Shown here: piece by piece, positions 24,137-37,388 of the stretch | How positions within the stretch are numbered: position 1 is the stretch's first letter | Layout of the letters: every line of letters starts with the position of its first letter | Source of the DNA: Octopus sinensis | Lineage: Eukaryota | Length of the DNA stretch: 64,000 nucleotides | Assembly: GCF_006345805.1 (NCBI RefSeq) | Contig: NC_043016.1 | Coordinates: 7,998,001 to 8,062,000, forward strand | Direction: 5' to 3' | Made by a program: the position numbers and the translations under genes | Notes under the pieces: model-generated | What the model saw: the letters and a program-made list of their open reading frames with translations, nothing else | Told to the model about the DNA's origin: nothing | Database searches by the model: none

Positions 24137-25909
24137 CTAGAGAAGACCTTTCCCTGAGTCACAATCCTGATCACTGAAATCCTTTGTAAATTATCTCCAC
24201 CATCTTTACACCAACCACCTGTATACACACACCTTCCCTAGCCTTATTTTCTTTTCATTTCATACATACCTCCTTTTCCTTTCTTATCTCACTCTCTCTA
24301 ATAATTCGAATTTAAATATGTAGGTTATTAATATTTTATTGCAACCCCTTAAAAACACTGAGTTTTTTTTTTTTCTTTCTTTTTCTTTACTGCTGTGTTT
24401 TCTTTTTTCTAATTTAGTTGGCAGGGCTGTGTCCTCATTCAGCTTGACAAGCAACTACCTAATAATATCACCTCCTACCTCCACTCGTCATTGTTTCTTT
24501 TCCTTTTCCTTTCCTTCTATGCCCACTACATCCTGAGTTAAAGCATCCAGCTTCTACAGCCAAAAGAGGAGTCCCTTAAGAAGTGATCACCTAGATAACT
24601 AGAAATAGCAGCTATATATCTCTCAAATCACACCTGTTCTTGCATGTACATACAGACACTCAAATGCCAAACACACACACACAGACTTAAAAGAAAAAAG
24701 AAAAAGAAAGGACACGTTGGATAATGAGTTTTTGATCCACCACAGGTAACCTGTGGGTCCCATGGAATTCTCAGAAAATTTACCTTTAATTTATTTTTCA
24801 TAGGTGCAGACCATCTGATAAATGAGCTCAACGGAAGGTTGCCCATGCCTCTTCTAGACATACTGTGTTTGAGAAGTAGGACATGATGGTCATAACTAGG
24901 AATGTCTTTGATCATAGGTTTGCCAAGATCAGGAATGTATTGGTGGCAGAATGGTGTGTGTGTGTATGTGTGTGTGTGTGTCTGTGTGTGTTAGACCTGG
25001 GAAATCAACAGCCAGCAAAAGCGACATCCCTGTCCACTCCCCCACCCCACTCATAACCCCCGCCAACCCACCTTTTTGCATTAGACTAAAACTGCCTGAG
25101 GTGTGAGGACTAACATGGTGAAAGCAACAGGAAGAACAACAATAACTACTACAACTACCATCCAGTGAATGCTATTATGATAATCACTATAAATACCATC
25201 ACTGTGCCCGCCTCCCACCCGTCTCTCTCCTCCTCCACCCCCACCCTAACTCTTGATTCATCTTTAATTATCCATTTGCTACTTCAGCTCTTTGTCTCAC
25301 ACCTTTAAACACTTCTTCTTCTTCTTTCTTTCTTCTTCAAGTCAGTCAGTAACTGTGTCACACCAACTCTTTCAAAAACACCACCCTGATTTACCTCCCC
25401 CTTTTCCTTCTTTGACTATCTGTCTGCCTGCTTGTCCGGCTGTCTGAGTCCCTTCTCTGTCTCTGCATGTCTCTCTCTTCCTTTCTCTCTTTCTTGCTCA
25501 TTCTCTCTGTTGCTGTTAATATACATACAGCTTATATTACTAATAACCTTTTGCATTTCAAGTAAAGAAAATTAATGACAATTAATGATGGTTGATGATG
25601 ATGACTATGATAATGGCTAGAGGTGATGATAACGAGGGTGTGTTTTTTGTTGTCTAATCCTAAAGTCAATCCTTATTGAGCAGTGCTGTCTTTCATGATC
25701 TTTAACATTCCTACAATGACCAATCCTATTTTAGTTTCAGTCTTGCTGTATGGTTTGAAAGATATTTGGCTGCTATTTCTAGTAGCCTCATAAACTGATT
25801 CTTTCATTGTCTTATGACCATTATTGAGTTAGCTCCCAGGCTGCATCCTGATTGAGCAGACAGATGAATAAAGGCACTGCAATAACCCACCAGTTGTTTC
25901 ATATATATA

Positions 25910-26255
25910 AAGGGTAAAGACCCCCTTCGGTCATGAGTGGACCATGGGTTTGCACCTAGAGAGTTACCCTCTGAGGCACAAGTCTGGGCAAGGTTGTTTT
26001 ATGGAAGACCAGTAGTCGCCCATGCATACCGGCATCCTCCCCTCTCCACGCCACCAGTGTTATCAAGGGGAAAGACAAAGGTCGATACAGCCTGGCACCT
26101 GTGACGTCGGCAACTCATTACTACAGCTGAGTGAACTGGAGCAACGTGAAATAAAGTGTCTGCTCAAGAACACAACACGCAGCCCGGTCCGGGATTCGAG
26201 CTCACAACCTCACGATCGTAAGCTCGACGCTCTAACCACTGAGCCATGCCGCCTT
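25910..26255 (-). mobile_element. tRNA-derived CORE-like SINE family F
   Basis: The reverse complement has TGGCTCAGTGG (A box), GCTCGAATCCC (B box) and GTTCTTGAGCAGACACTT (CORE-like). Confidence 0.8.
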
Positions 26256-26611
26256 CTATATATATATATATTCGCCGTATTTCATTCCACAATGACTACC
26301 TCTGATGAGTGCAAGGTTACATAATTGGACTGTTACCTGAATCTCTGTTGAATCCCTAGTGTGAAACTGATGGGTAAAATCGGCCATAATGAATATATAA
26401 TACTGTACACTTCCATTGATATATACGTGTGAGTATATATATATATATATATATTAGAGAGAGAAAGAGATCATTGTCATCATTTAACATGTTTTCCATG
26501 CTGGCATGGGTTTGATAGCTTAAAAGGAACTAGCAAAGCCAGGGGTTGCACCAGTTTCCATAGTATGTTTTGGCTGTTTATTCATATGGCAGGAACTACA
26601 TGTTCTCTCCT

Positions 26612-26829
26612 TTTTTTATACCTTTACACTACCATATTTCAGCTGAAATACACTGCCTTCATTTCAATTAATTTTGATAATTATGAGCAATTTAGTAGAA
26701 TAATTTTGTTGTTATTAAGCTGGTGTTAAGAACATAAATTAACCAGGAATTTTGATAGAAGGATTTAATTTACAGAGAGTTTGTATCACAGAATCAGGAA
26801 CAGTCCTCTTGGCATCGAAAGAGTTTTAA
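26612..26829. mobile_element. Decayed piggyBac-like MITE related to 34705-34926
   Basis: Shares ATTAAGCTGGTGTTAAGAACATAAATT and a similar layout. Ends ...CGAAAGAGTTTTAA. Confidence 0.5.
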
Positions 26830-27588
26830 AACTGAAGGATGTAATTTGATGATTATTTTGCTATTGTTCCTGATTTGTGAACTTTTAACACCAACACCTG
26901 GTCCTTGAGTGCTTTTAGCAGAGTCTGTTGTGAGCAAGTCAAAGCCAGGTTTCTAGGTTGAGATTACCTTTCTCTTACCTTTTGAAAGGTTCTGAATCAC
27001 AAGGGAGAACACTTCCTTCTTTGGCTAAGCAATAACCCCGCCTGCCAACCCCCAAAAATACCTCATCTAACTAGGTTTGCTTGAAAAATGATTAATTTCT
27101 TTTGTAATGATAATCTTTTTGATTATCCACCTTTGTCTATATCATTCATGCACAACCTGTGGCCTACATGTCTTTCTAAATTTTTTTTTGTAGTAGTGTG
27201 GCTTGCTCCAAAAAGGTTGCTCATGCTTTTTCCTGATCAATCTCTACTCTCATTTCATGTCTCAGGCCCCTTTTACAGGCTCAGTGATCATGGGCCGTCA
27301 TGTTGGTGCTTGAAGATTTAGGATTTTTTTTTTTCTTAAGAAAGAAACAGCATTGACTTTCTGGATCGTTTCTCTTTTACTTGTTTCAGTCATTTGAATG
27401 CAGCCATGCTGGAGCACTGCCTTGAAGGATTTTATAGAACAAATTGACCTCTGAACTTAAAAAGCTTAGTACTCATTCTATCGGTTTCTTTTTGCCAAAA
27501 AGCTAAGTTACAGGGATGTAAACACACCAGCACTGGTTGTCAAGCAGTGAAAGTGGGACAAACACAATGACACACACACACATGTGTA

Positions 27589-27631
<43 letters not shown>

Positions 27632-27633
<2 letters not shown>

Positions 27634-27990
27634 CGATCAAAAATCAATGGAAATTGTAGTTGTGATACCAGTGCTAGTGGCATGTAAAAAAAACCATCCG
27701 AATGTGGCTATTGCCAGCGCTACCTTGACTGGCCTCTGTGCCGGTGGCATGTAAAAAGCACCAACCGATCGTGGCCGTTGCCAGCCTCGCCTGGCACCTG
27801 TGCCAGTGGTACGTAAAAAGCACCTACTACACTCACGGAGTGGTTGGCGTTAGGAAGGGCATCCAGCTGTAGAAACACTGCTAGATCAGATTGGAGCCTG
27901 GTGCAGCCTTCTGGCTTCCCAGACCCCAGTTGAACCGTCCAACCCATGCTAGCATGGAAAGCAGGCGTTAAACGATGAAGATGATGATGA
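27632..27990 (+). mobile_element. SINE-like family C (TTAGGAAGGGCATCCAGC core, GGACGTTAAACGATGATG-type 3' tail)
   Basis: Homologous copies at 31065, 46609, 51912, 53205 and 62172. Confidence 0.85.
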
Positions 27991-28778
27991 TATATATATA
28001 TATATATATATAAATATATATATACGATGGGTTTCTTCTAGTTTTCCTCTACCAAATCTACTTGCAAGGCTTTGGTTGATCTGGAGGCTATAGTTGAAGA
28101 CAAGTGCCCAAGGTGCCACACAGTGGGACTGAACCTGGAACCGTGTGGTTGGGAAGCAAGCTTCTTCCCACACAGCCATGCCATCAACGAATTTTGTTAA
28201 ATCTGCTAGTCTCCTACTTGCCCAAGCTTACCCTGGGAGGACACAGTATTTGACAGCTTATGTGATTTGCTATAATATCATTTACTTGTTTTAGTCATTA
28301 GACTGTGGCCATGCTGGAGCTTGACGAACTTTTGTTGAATGAATTGACCCCTGTTCTTATTTCTTTTAAGCCTGGTACTCAATTTATTAGTCTCTTGTGT
28401 CAAACAGCTAAGTTATGGGGGTGTAAACACACCAACACCATTGGCAAGCAGTGATAGGGGACAAACATACATATTCATACATGCATATATAATATATATA
28501 TATATATACCATCATCATCATCATTATCATCGTTTAATATATATATTTATAATACAAATAAGAAAATGGAGAAACAAATTCATCTTGTTCATCAACTTAC
28601 GGATATTTTGTAATATTTACGGTAAAAATATTTTTTACTTTCACCCGTTTAATACAATAAATGAATTAATTGCATTGCAATTAAAAACATTTATGTATTA
28701 AGAATTTGGGTACTTTACCAACAGTATATTGGATAAATGCTATCCCATAGTGGGCTTCATTCATAACCCCTATCTTAC

Positions 28779-28858
<80 letters not shown>

Positions 28859-28865
28859 ATATATA

Positions 28866-29008
28866 GGCGCAGGAGTGGCTGTGTGGTAAGTAGCTTGCTA
28901 ACCAACCACATGGTTCCGGGTTCAGTCCCACTGCGTGGCATCTTGGGCAGTGTCTTCTGCTATAGCCCCAGTCGACCAATGCCTTGTGAGTGGATTTGGT
29001 AGACGGAA
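28866..29008 (+). mobile_element. SINE family B, 5' half
   Basis: Head and CORE-like region match the full copies. Confidence 0.85.
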
Positions 29009-30029
29009 ATATTGAATTTCTAAATCTCTTGTAGAGACATGTACGGTGGTGGGGTGATAGATGCAGTTCCGGCAGCTGGGGGTATTTGTCTCTCCTTCGT
29101 ATAGGGAAAAAATGTGTCAAAGCTATCAGGAGGCATTCAATGCTTCCTAGGGCTATACAGCGGTGGTGTACCCCTACTGTCACGTTCTTGTTAGATTGAC
29201 AGTATACAACCATTCTATATATATTTATATATATATATATTTATATATATATGTATGTGCGTGTGTGTGTGTATAATTACACAACAGGTTTCTTTCAATT
29301 TCTGTCTACTAAATCCACTCGGACAGGACTGAACTCAGAGCCATGTGGTTGAGAAACAAGTTTCTTACCACACAGCCATGCCTGTGCCTAAAACACGAAA
29401 TATCCTAGAAACTCATCCTGCATCTTAAAACATGCAGATAGAGGGGGGTTTTTTCTTTCTTTTTTTTTTTTTTTTGTTATTGGCAAGTTTTGGTTCAAGA
29501 AATGGCCTGATAAAACGTTTTATAAGCTCATGTGGTTTACAAGTCGTCAAATACAATATCTTTGAAGTGGAAGCAAAGAAAAACAACTATTGTCATCGCT
29601 AAATCTACGAAGGATTTTTACCAACGCCATCAGGGCAAAGATAGTTGAAGTGACAGGTGAATTGACCTCTGCTTCATGGCTGGCCAGTGAATTTGTTTAG
29701 TAGTTTTTATAAATCGTTCGTTGTAATGCTTTGTGCGTCTGAGTGCTGCTGGAAAGAGGAAGAATAAAGACAAAAATTATTAAAGATCTGATAGGAACCA
29801 ATTCTTTACTGACGTTAAAATATTCTGACAATAAAAGAAAGAAAAAATCTATATACAGTCTGATACTAAAACTCGATAAAGCTTCCCCTAAGCCAAAACA
29901 CGTTATAATTCTCCCATTTGCATGTACCATCACCAGAATTCTTTTTCTTCTGACGAAAACGTTCAGTCAAAGCTGAAGGGATTGCTAAATTTTTCAATAA
30001 AATAAAAATAAAAATAAAAAATAAAAGAA

Positions 30030-30402
30030 GCAGGAGTGGCTGGTGAGTAGCTTGCTAACCAACCACATGGTTCCGGGTTCAGTCCCACTGCGTCGCATCT
30101 TGGGTAAGTGTCTTCTGCTATAGCCCCGGGCCGACCAATGTCTTGTGAGTGGATTTGGTAGACGGAAACTGGAAGAAGCCCGTCGTATATATGTATGTGT
30201 GTGTGTGTGTATATGTTTGTGTGTCTGTGTTTATCCCCCACAACATCGCTTGGCAACCGATGCTAGCGGTTCGGCAAAAGAGACCGATAGAATAAGTACT
30301 GGGCTTACAAAGAATAAGTCGCGGGGTCGATTTGCTCGACTAAAGGCGGTGCTCTAGCATGGCCGCAGTCAAATGACTTAAACATGTAAAAGAGTAAAAG
30401 AG
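30030..30402 (+). mobile_element. SINE family B copy
   Basis: Full layout with small deletions. Confidence 0.88.
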
Positions 30403-31064
30403 AGAGAGAAGCCACTCTGTCAGTTACTTGATCAGCTAGAAATAGTGACCAAATCTTCAAACCTTTTATTTATTTTTTTTACTTGTTTTAGTCACTGGAC
30501 TGTGACGATGCTGGAACACTGCCGTGAAGGGTTTTAGTTGACTCCACTACACTTTCTTTTTTTTTTTAAAGCCTGGTGATGCCACATAAAAAGCATCCAG
30601 TCCACTCTGTAAAATGGTTGGTGTGCCATGCTTGTGCCATGTAAAAAAGCACTAAGTCCACTCTGCTGGGTGGTTGGCATTAGGAAGGGCATCCAGCTGT
30701 AAAAGCCCTGCCAAAACACACACAGAATCAAGGTGCAGGTTCCTGACAAACCGTCCAACCCATGCCAGCATGGAAAGCGGACATTAACAATGATGATGAT
30801 GGTACTTATTCTATCAGCCTCTTTCGCCAAGCTGCAAGTTACGGGGATGTAAACCACCCAACACCAGATGCCCAGGCAAGGTGGGATACAAAACACAAAG
30901 TCATATGGTCAATGTTTTACACCTGTTTGATACCTGTTTAAAATTTTACCTGAACATGGTGGATTATATATTATGATGTAATCTATGAACATATCAATAA
31001 AATTCTTCCGAAACAGTTGTTGTAAATTTAAAACCCCATTCATGTACTTTTTTTTTTTATATTC

Positions 31065-31301
31065 TGTGCCGGTGGCACGTAAAAAGTACCAACCGATCGT
31101 GGCCGTTGCCAGCCTCGCCTGGCACGTAAAAAGTACCCACTACACTCGCGGAGTGGTTGGCTTTAGGAAGGGCATCCAGCAGTAGAAACACTGCCAGATC
31201 AGACTGGAGCCTGGTGCATCCTTCTGGCTTCACAGAGCCTGGTCGAACTCTCCAACCCATGCTAGCATGGAAAGCGGACGTTAAACGATGATGATGATGA
31301 T
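31065..31301 (+). mobile_element. SINE-like family C copy (5'-truncated)
   Basis: Core and (GAT)n tail. Confidence 0.85.
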
Positions 31302-31585
31302 GACATTGAACAATGATGATATAGAAGCACATAAAAGCAACCTTGAATCAGATTCAAAAAAGAATTATCAAATATATTACATACATATAAGGGGGGATGA
31401 CCACTAAGTGGACATCCATTATGCTAGAAGTAGACCCCCTATGGTCTTACCACTAAGAAAGTATTGTGGTCGTCCCTCTTATATGTATGTACTATAATTT
31501 TTCTGAATCTTTAATATGCTAGACCACTGGTTTTAAATTGATATTAATCAAATTATATTCAATTTTTCACTCTATTATTATAAAT

Positions 31586-31587
<2 letters not shown>

Positions 31588-31646
<59 letters not shown>

Positions 31647-31675
31647 CACCTACCTACCTATGTACCTATCTACTA

Positions 31676-31713
<38 letters not shown>

Positions 31714-31735
31714 CCTACCTATCTATATATATTCA
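31588..31735 (+). repeat. (TATC)n/(TACC)n microsatellite
   Basis: Visible directly. Confidence 0.95.
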
Positions 31736-31750
31736 TACATATATATATAT

Positions 31751-32140
31751 GTTTTTTTAAATAATTTCCACGTAACTAAATACTTTCAAACTTCGTATAC
31801 TGGTAGAATGTGTTTATAAAACATCTTTTTCTCTTGGCTTTATTGAGAAAATTCTATAGTTTGTAACATATTTGTTGGGTTTTTTTCTTCAGTTTCTGCA
31901 ATTTCAACCAATCAGTGACGTTTATTGAGGTAAAAAAAACATTCTGTGCCGTATGAATATGTCCCTCGTTTAAGAAACAGATTGGGTTTATTTACATTTC
32001 TGAAGAAAAAAGGTACCCTTCCCCCCACCCCTAACCCTAAAACACATTGAAATGCAATAGATCGATACTAGGGTCATAATTATGGGTGACAATTTCATAT
32101 GACACCGCTAGAAAAAACTGCCGTTCAAACCGAAAAGATG
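31751..32140. mobile_element. MITE family M1, copy 4 (left TIR lost)
   Basis: Internal body plus right TIR AAAAAACTGCCGTTCAAACCGAAAAGAT. Confidence 0.88.
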
Positions 32141-32791
32141 CATTTTTTGTAAGCCTACTACTTATTCTATCAAACTCTTTTGTCGATCCGCTAATATTCA
32201 ACTTCAGACTTTAAAAGTCATTCGTTTATGCATGGACTTTCAGTTAAAATTATTAGTTTTTTTTTTTCTTTTAAATCCGGAAACTGATTGTGGTTAGAGG
32301 ATTTGTACTTTTCTTTTATTCGTAATAAATATATTTTCGTTTGCACTTTAAGTGTATAAATAATAATTTTTTTTGTTGTCACATTTTATATCCACAATAA
32401 ACAGAAATTTTAAACAGCAGCATTAAAAAAAAATGTTTGTAAAGTTAAACAATTTAATTTTTTTAAATGCAAACAAAATACATTCATACATTACAAATAT
32501 GAACACCAAATAAAAAGTCAAACTGCTATAAACCCCCTAAGCCTAATAAATTCCTGATTTAAAATAATAACACAATTGTTTTGTTTGTTTTTTAAAGTAA
32601 GCAAATTTTTAAAATTTAAGAAAAAACAATTTTTTTAAAGGAAAACATTCTTTAATATATATACATATATTATGTCCGAATCGCTAGTATAAAAATAACA
32701 AATACTTGTTCTAAAGGCATAATTTAAAAAATCGGGATACCTAAAATATTTAAGAGTGTACCGGTAGATATAGCATGTTTCTTTAAAACAG

Positions 32792-32852
32792 GCATTTCTT
32801 GAAAATGGGCTGCACTATAAAGAAAAAAAAATTCAGGGTAATTTTTCGTTAG
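32792..32852 (+). CDS. Candidate exon, phase 0 to 1 (AFLENGLHYKEKKIQGNFSL)
   Basis: Acceptor gtttctttaaaacAG, strong donor TAG|GTAAGT, and one open frame. Protein not recognised. Confidence 0.3.
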
Positions 32853-33404
32853 GTAAGTCCCATGGGCCGCAGTAAGCCAACACAGCTATAAAGTATGCTA
32901 GGTATGAATGGAATTATAATTCTTTCTTATTTTGGTATAACGCCTGCAACTTTGAGGGGTGGGGAAGTCGATTCTTCAACCCCGTGCTTTAATAGAATTT
33001 ATTTCATAGATCCTGCAAGGACGAAAGGCAAAGTTGACCTCGGCATTATTTAAACTCGGAATGTAAAGCCAGAAGAAATATGTTAACCGGTGCAGTAATG
33101 ATTTTGCCAGCTCGCTGCCTTATTATAATTCCAAAACTGGAATTATAATAAAAGCAGCGAAGCATTAGCAGATACGATAACTGACCTAGTGCACGTTTAC
33201 TTAACACTTAACGTCATAAACCGCCCCCAATCCGCGCCTCGCCACTAGGCACACAAACGGGTTGCACAGGATATGACCCGTAACATTTCAAGGTCACGTA
33301 TGCGCACATTCTAAACATACCTATCCGTTTTTAGTCTCTTTAACCAAATCCTTCTATGAACAAGGAGAAATGTATATAAGTGAAATGTATATAAGTTAAA
33401 TATA

Positions 33405-33820
33405 TTTCTTTATTGCCCACAGGGGGCTAAACATAGAGGGGACAAACAAGGACAGACAAAGGGATTAAGTCGATTACATCGACCTCAGTGCGAAACTGGT
33501 ACTTTTTTATCGACCCCGAAAAGATGAAAGGCGAAGTCGACCTCGGCGGATTTGAACTCAGAACGTAACGACAGACGAAATACCTATTTCTTTACTACCC
33601 ACAAGGGGCTAAACACAGAGAGGACAAACAAAGACAGACAAACGGATTAAGTCGATTACATCGATCCCCAGTGCGTAACTGGTACTTAATTTATCGACCC
33701 CGAAAGGATGAGAGGCAAAGTCAACCTCGGCGGAATTTTAACTCAGAAAGTAACCGGCAGACGAAATACGGCTGCGCATTTCGCCCGGCGTGCTAACGGT
33801 TCTGCCAGCTCGCCGCCTTC
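33405..33820 (-). mobile_element. SINE family A head-to-tail dimer
   Basis: Two cores, with the GACGAAATAC|CTATTTCTTT junction at ~33583. Confidence 0.9.
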
Positions 33821-34704
33821 CTATAAGCGTAACGATGTTACCCCTTTAAATTTGAAATAACCGAAACTGTTTCCTCCAAGTTAGAGAGTTGTCTTGACTC
33901 CCCTTCCTCCTACTTACCCCACAGACGTCCTTTCAGCTCTGTGCTTGGGACAGGGAATACCCTTGGGCACCCGGAGACAAATTGCAAACGTATAAAAGAA
34001 CCTGTCCGATTAATAAGCTTTAAATTATAACTATACGAAGCCCTTTTATGCAGCTTACGTTAAATTACTGTATTAGCGTTAACGAGCAGTTTTAAATTTG
34101 AATGCCCACAAATGTAGTGTTCCATTGTCCTCTCTTACATGGCAGAAATGGTATTTAAATCTTCATCGTACCACCTTTAAGAAAGGACTCATTGAATATG
34201 GTCTTGGTGTACCAGTCCGTTGGTGAGGTGAGACTGGATAGCCATGACTGAGATGTATTCGATTCGGAGCGACCAGGAGTCAGCAATGAAAAAAAAGGAA
34301 AAACTTATGATCGAACGATCGTGGGTTCCATTGTCGGACCGGTCAGCGCGTCGTGTCTTTTTCAGCAAGTCGTGTTATTTGATGTTGTTCTGGTTCGTTC
34401 AGCTGAAAGTGAACACCAACAAGAGCTGAAGAGAGAAGTTAACCTTGCGACGGACTGTTATCCTTTTCAGAGTCGAGACTCACACTAACAGTTGCTTAAA
34501 TGTTACAGAAACCAAGATAAACTCCGGCCTCAATGGGCTCCAGACAAACTAACCTTCATCAAATCTCGACTTTGTGGCAGCCTCCTACCAATACGATTTT
34601 GTCTTTGTCACAACGTACTTCATCATCTGGGAGTCGGGGGGTCAGTAATTGTTGTTCTAGATTTAACTGCAATTCAATTTTGTTACCAGTTGAAACATGC
34701 TTAA

Positions 34705-34926
34705 CCCTTTCGTTACTGTATTTATTTTGAGATGCTCTGTGTTTCTTTCAATTACTTTTAAATATAACAAAGAATTTAGAAAAATAACTTAGTTATGATT
34801 AAGCTTGTGTTAGGAACATAAATTGTGACTAAGGTTTGGTGTAAGATTTCAATTCAGAACTTTTGAAAGCAAGACATTTGTACTCAGAGCCAGAGCTGGT
34901 TTCAGCCGGGTTTGGTAACGAAAGGG
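34705..34926. mobile_element. piggyBac-like MITE with perfect 12-bp TIR CCCTTTCGTTAC and TTAA TSDs
   Basis: TTAA at 34701-34704 and 34927-34930. The TIRs are exact reverse complements. Confidence 0.92.
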
Positions 34927-36802
34927 TTAAGGTATATTCGAACCCGTAAACAAGCCATTCACTCTATTATGTCATGGAGACTAGAATTTTTATATTAGTT
35001 CAACTAGTATTATCACTTTCGCTACCTCCACCTTTGTTACAACCTCCTACCACCTTTACCACTCCCCGGCGTCGGCACCTCCTACCATCGCCACCACCTT
35101 CGACGCCGTTTTAACCTTAGCACCGCCTTCCAACCACTCCCGACCTTGTCTCAATTCTTGTGACCACCGACGGACCGTCTAACAAACTTTTCAAACAACT
35201 CCACACCTACTACAACATGATGAAAATTCTTCACTTCTTTGAATTATTTCATGATGAATTCTTCAATTCTTTGAATTATTATTATTATATCATAGTAAAT
35301 TCTTCAGTTTCTTCGAATTATCTCGTCGGTGAAGTGTTTCCTTGAACTTATATCTCTCCGTTAAAAAATCTTCACTTCTTTGGATTACCTATTCTGCTGT
35401 ACGTATATTTTGTATCCCTTTTTGGCAACAAGTTTAATGTTTTATTAAAATTGAGTCGTTGTTATAATAAGACCTGTTTGACTCGCAGACCTAGAACTTT
35501 TGAGTCCTGTATTTTAAATGGACTAATCATGTTCCTATGAACAGGTAACCCCTCAGAACTTAGCCATTATATTTGTTTATTTTATATCGCAATTGGCGAA
35601 CAAGTGTGTTGTTGGCTAAAGCTTGTATGCATTTCTTAGTGACAGCATAAAAATTGTGTCACTGGTTTTTGCGGTGGCTTCTCGTTTTTTTTTTTTAAAT
35701 CTTCCATCAATATATATATATTAGTGAGAAACACTTGTTAAAAATATGCTGTGCAAAAGGATAGAACCTGGTGTCTGCGAAGCAAGCTTCGTAAATAATC
35801 ATTCCTGCCACCCTACAAATACACATATTTACAGATTAAATCCTCGCAGATACACATACACGTACGCACACCTGCAAAACATTTTTTGTTATCCCTACTC
35901 TTACAAACTATACACGAGTTCACATAGTAATATGTAAAGAGAAATATAAATGTCGTTACCTTTTTAAGTAAGAAAAAAAACAGCTTCTCAGTTTAGTGGT
36001 AACACCTGGAACGTTGTATATAAACCAGGAACGGGATAGTCCAGGACCAAGGTAGATTTTGCTTTTCTAGGATCGATAAAATCTGTATTTCAGCCAAAGT
36101 ATTGGCAACTATTAAATCGACTATTCACCTTGCCTTTTAAATCATGTTTTCTAAGAGAATTAGCGAGGGAACATCGTCTATTTGCTAGAAATAACAGCTA
36201 CATTTTCCCTCGAATCAACCATTCCGTTTTAAAAAGGGATAGCATTGTCACGGCGTGAAAGTCCTTGATCACAGGTCTCTATTTAGTCAGGGGCCGAGCC
36301 TGGAGGCTTAAAAAGATAGAATATTTATGGCCTTCTGTAACTCAAAGTTGAACTCCCTCATCACTCACAAACCGTGGACTTAGTTGAATCCGGTACTACA
36401 GTACAATGAATACTTTTAAAATAGTTTTGCTTCGAAATGGTGGAAGTATTGAGCCTACGTGACTTCTTGAATGCTATGTTAAAAGACGAGACATGAGCTA
36501 AATATGAAATTATCGTTATTATATTAAATGATGGAAGCATAAGTAGGACGCTCAACTAATAAATATATATAAGTAATGAGAGAACCTCTACGTAATTGTT
36601 TGCCTTGCTAGAAATAGCAGCCAAATACTCCTCAAATCATTACTAACTTACGAAGTAAATTTTAAAAATCCATAAAAATGAAAGAATGCATTAGACATTA
36701 CATGTAGTCCTAGTTATTATAAAAATCGGAATGGTCGCGAGCAGATCCCATTCTATGGCAGGCCCATCGCCAAACTTTGGTATCTAGGAGTGCTTCAGAA
36801 CA

Positions 36803-36946
36803 CAGGCGTAGCTAGTTGTGGGCGGGGGCGGTCCGTGCACGGGTGGCACTTTTGGGTCTGCTGTAGGCAATATATGTTTCTCGTGGGGTCCAGGAGCTGC
36901 AAACGGAAGGGTCGCCCCGGGCGGCACACAATGTAGCTACGTTAGC
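36803..36946. mobile_element. Small GC-rich MITE (GGCGTAGCTA ... TAGCTACG)
   Basis: Imperfect TIRs around a GC-rich interior. Confidence 0.5.
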
Positions 36947-36984
36947 GCTTCATAATATTCTGGGTGGGCACTAATTTATAGTAA

Positions 36985-37388
36985 GGATCTTTTCGGTTTG
37001 AACGGCAGTTTTTTCTAGCGGTGTCATATGAAATTGTCACCTATAATTATGACCCTAGTATCGATCTATTGCATTTCAATTTGTTTTAGGGTTAGGGGTG
37101 AGGGAAGGGTATCTTTTTTTCTTCAGAAATGTAAATAAACCCAATCTGTTTCTTAAACGAGGGACACATTCATACGGCACAGAATGTTTTCACCTCAATA
37201 GACGTCATTGATTGGTTGAAATTGCAGAAATTGAAGAAAAAAACCCAACAAATATGTTACAAACTATAGAATTTTCTCAATAAAGCCAAGAGAAAAAGAT
37301 GGTTTATAAACACATTCTACCAGTATACGAAGTTTAAAAGTGTTTAGTTTCGTGGAAATTATTTGAAAAAACTGCCGTTCAAACCGAA
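36985..37388. mobile_element. MITE family M1, copy 5 (right TIR clipped)
   Basis: Left TIR intact and body conserved. Confidence 0.9.
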
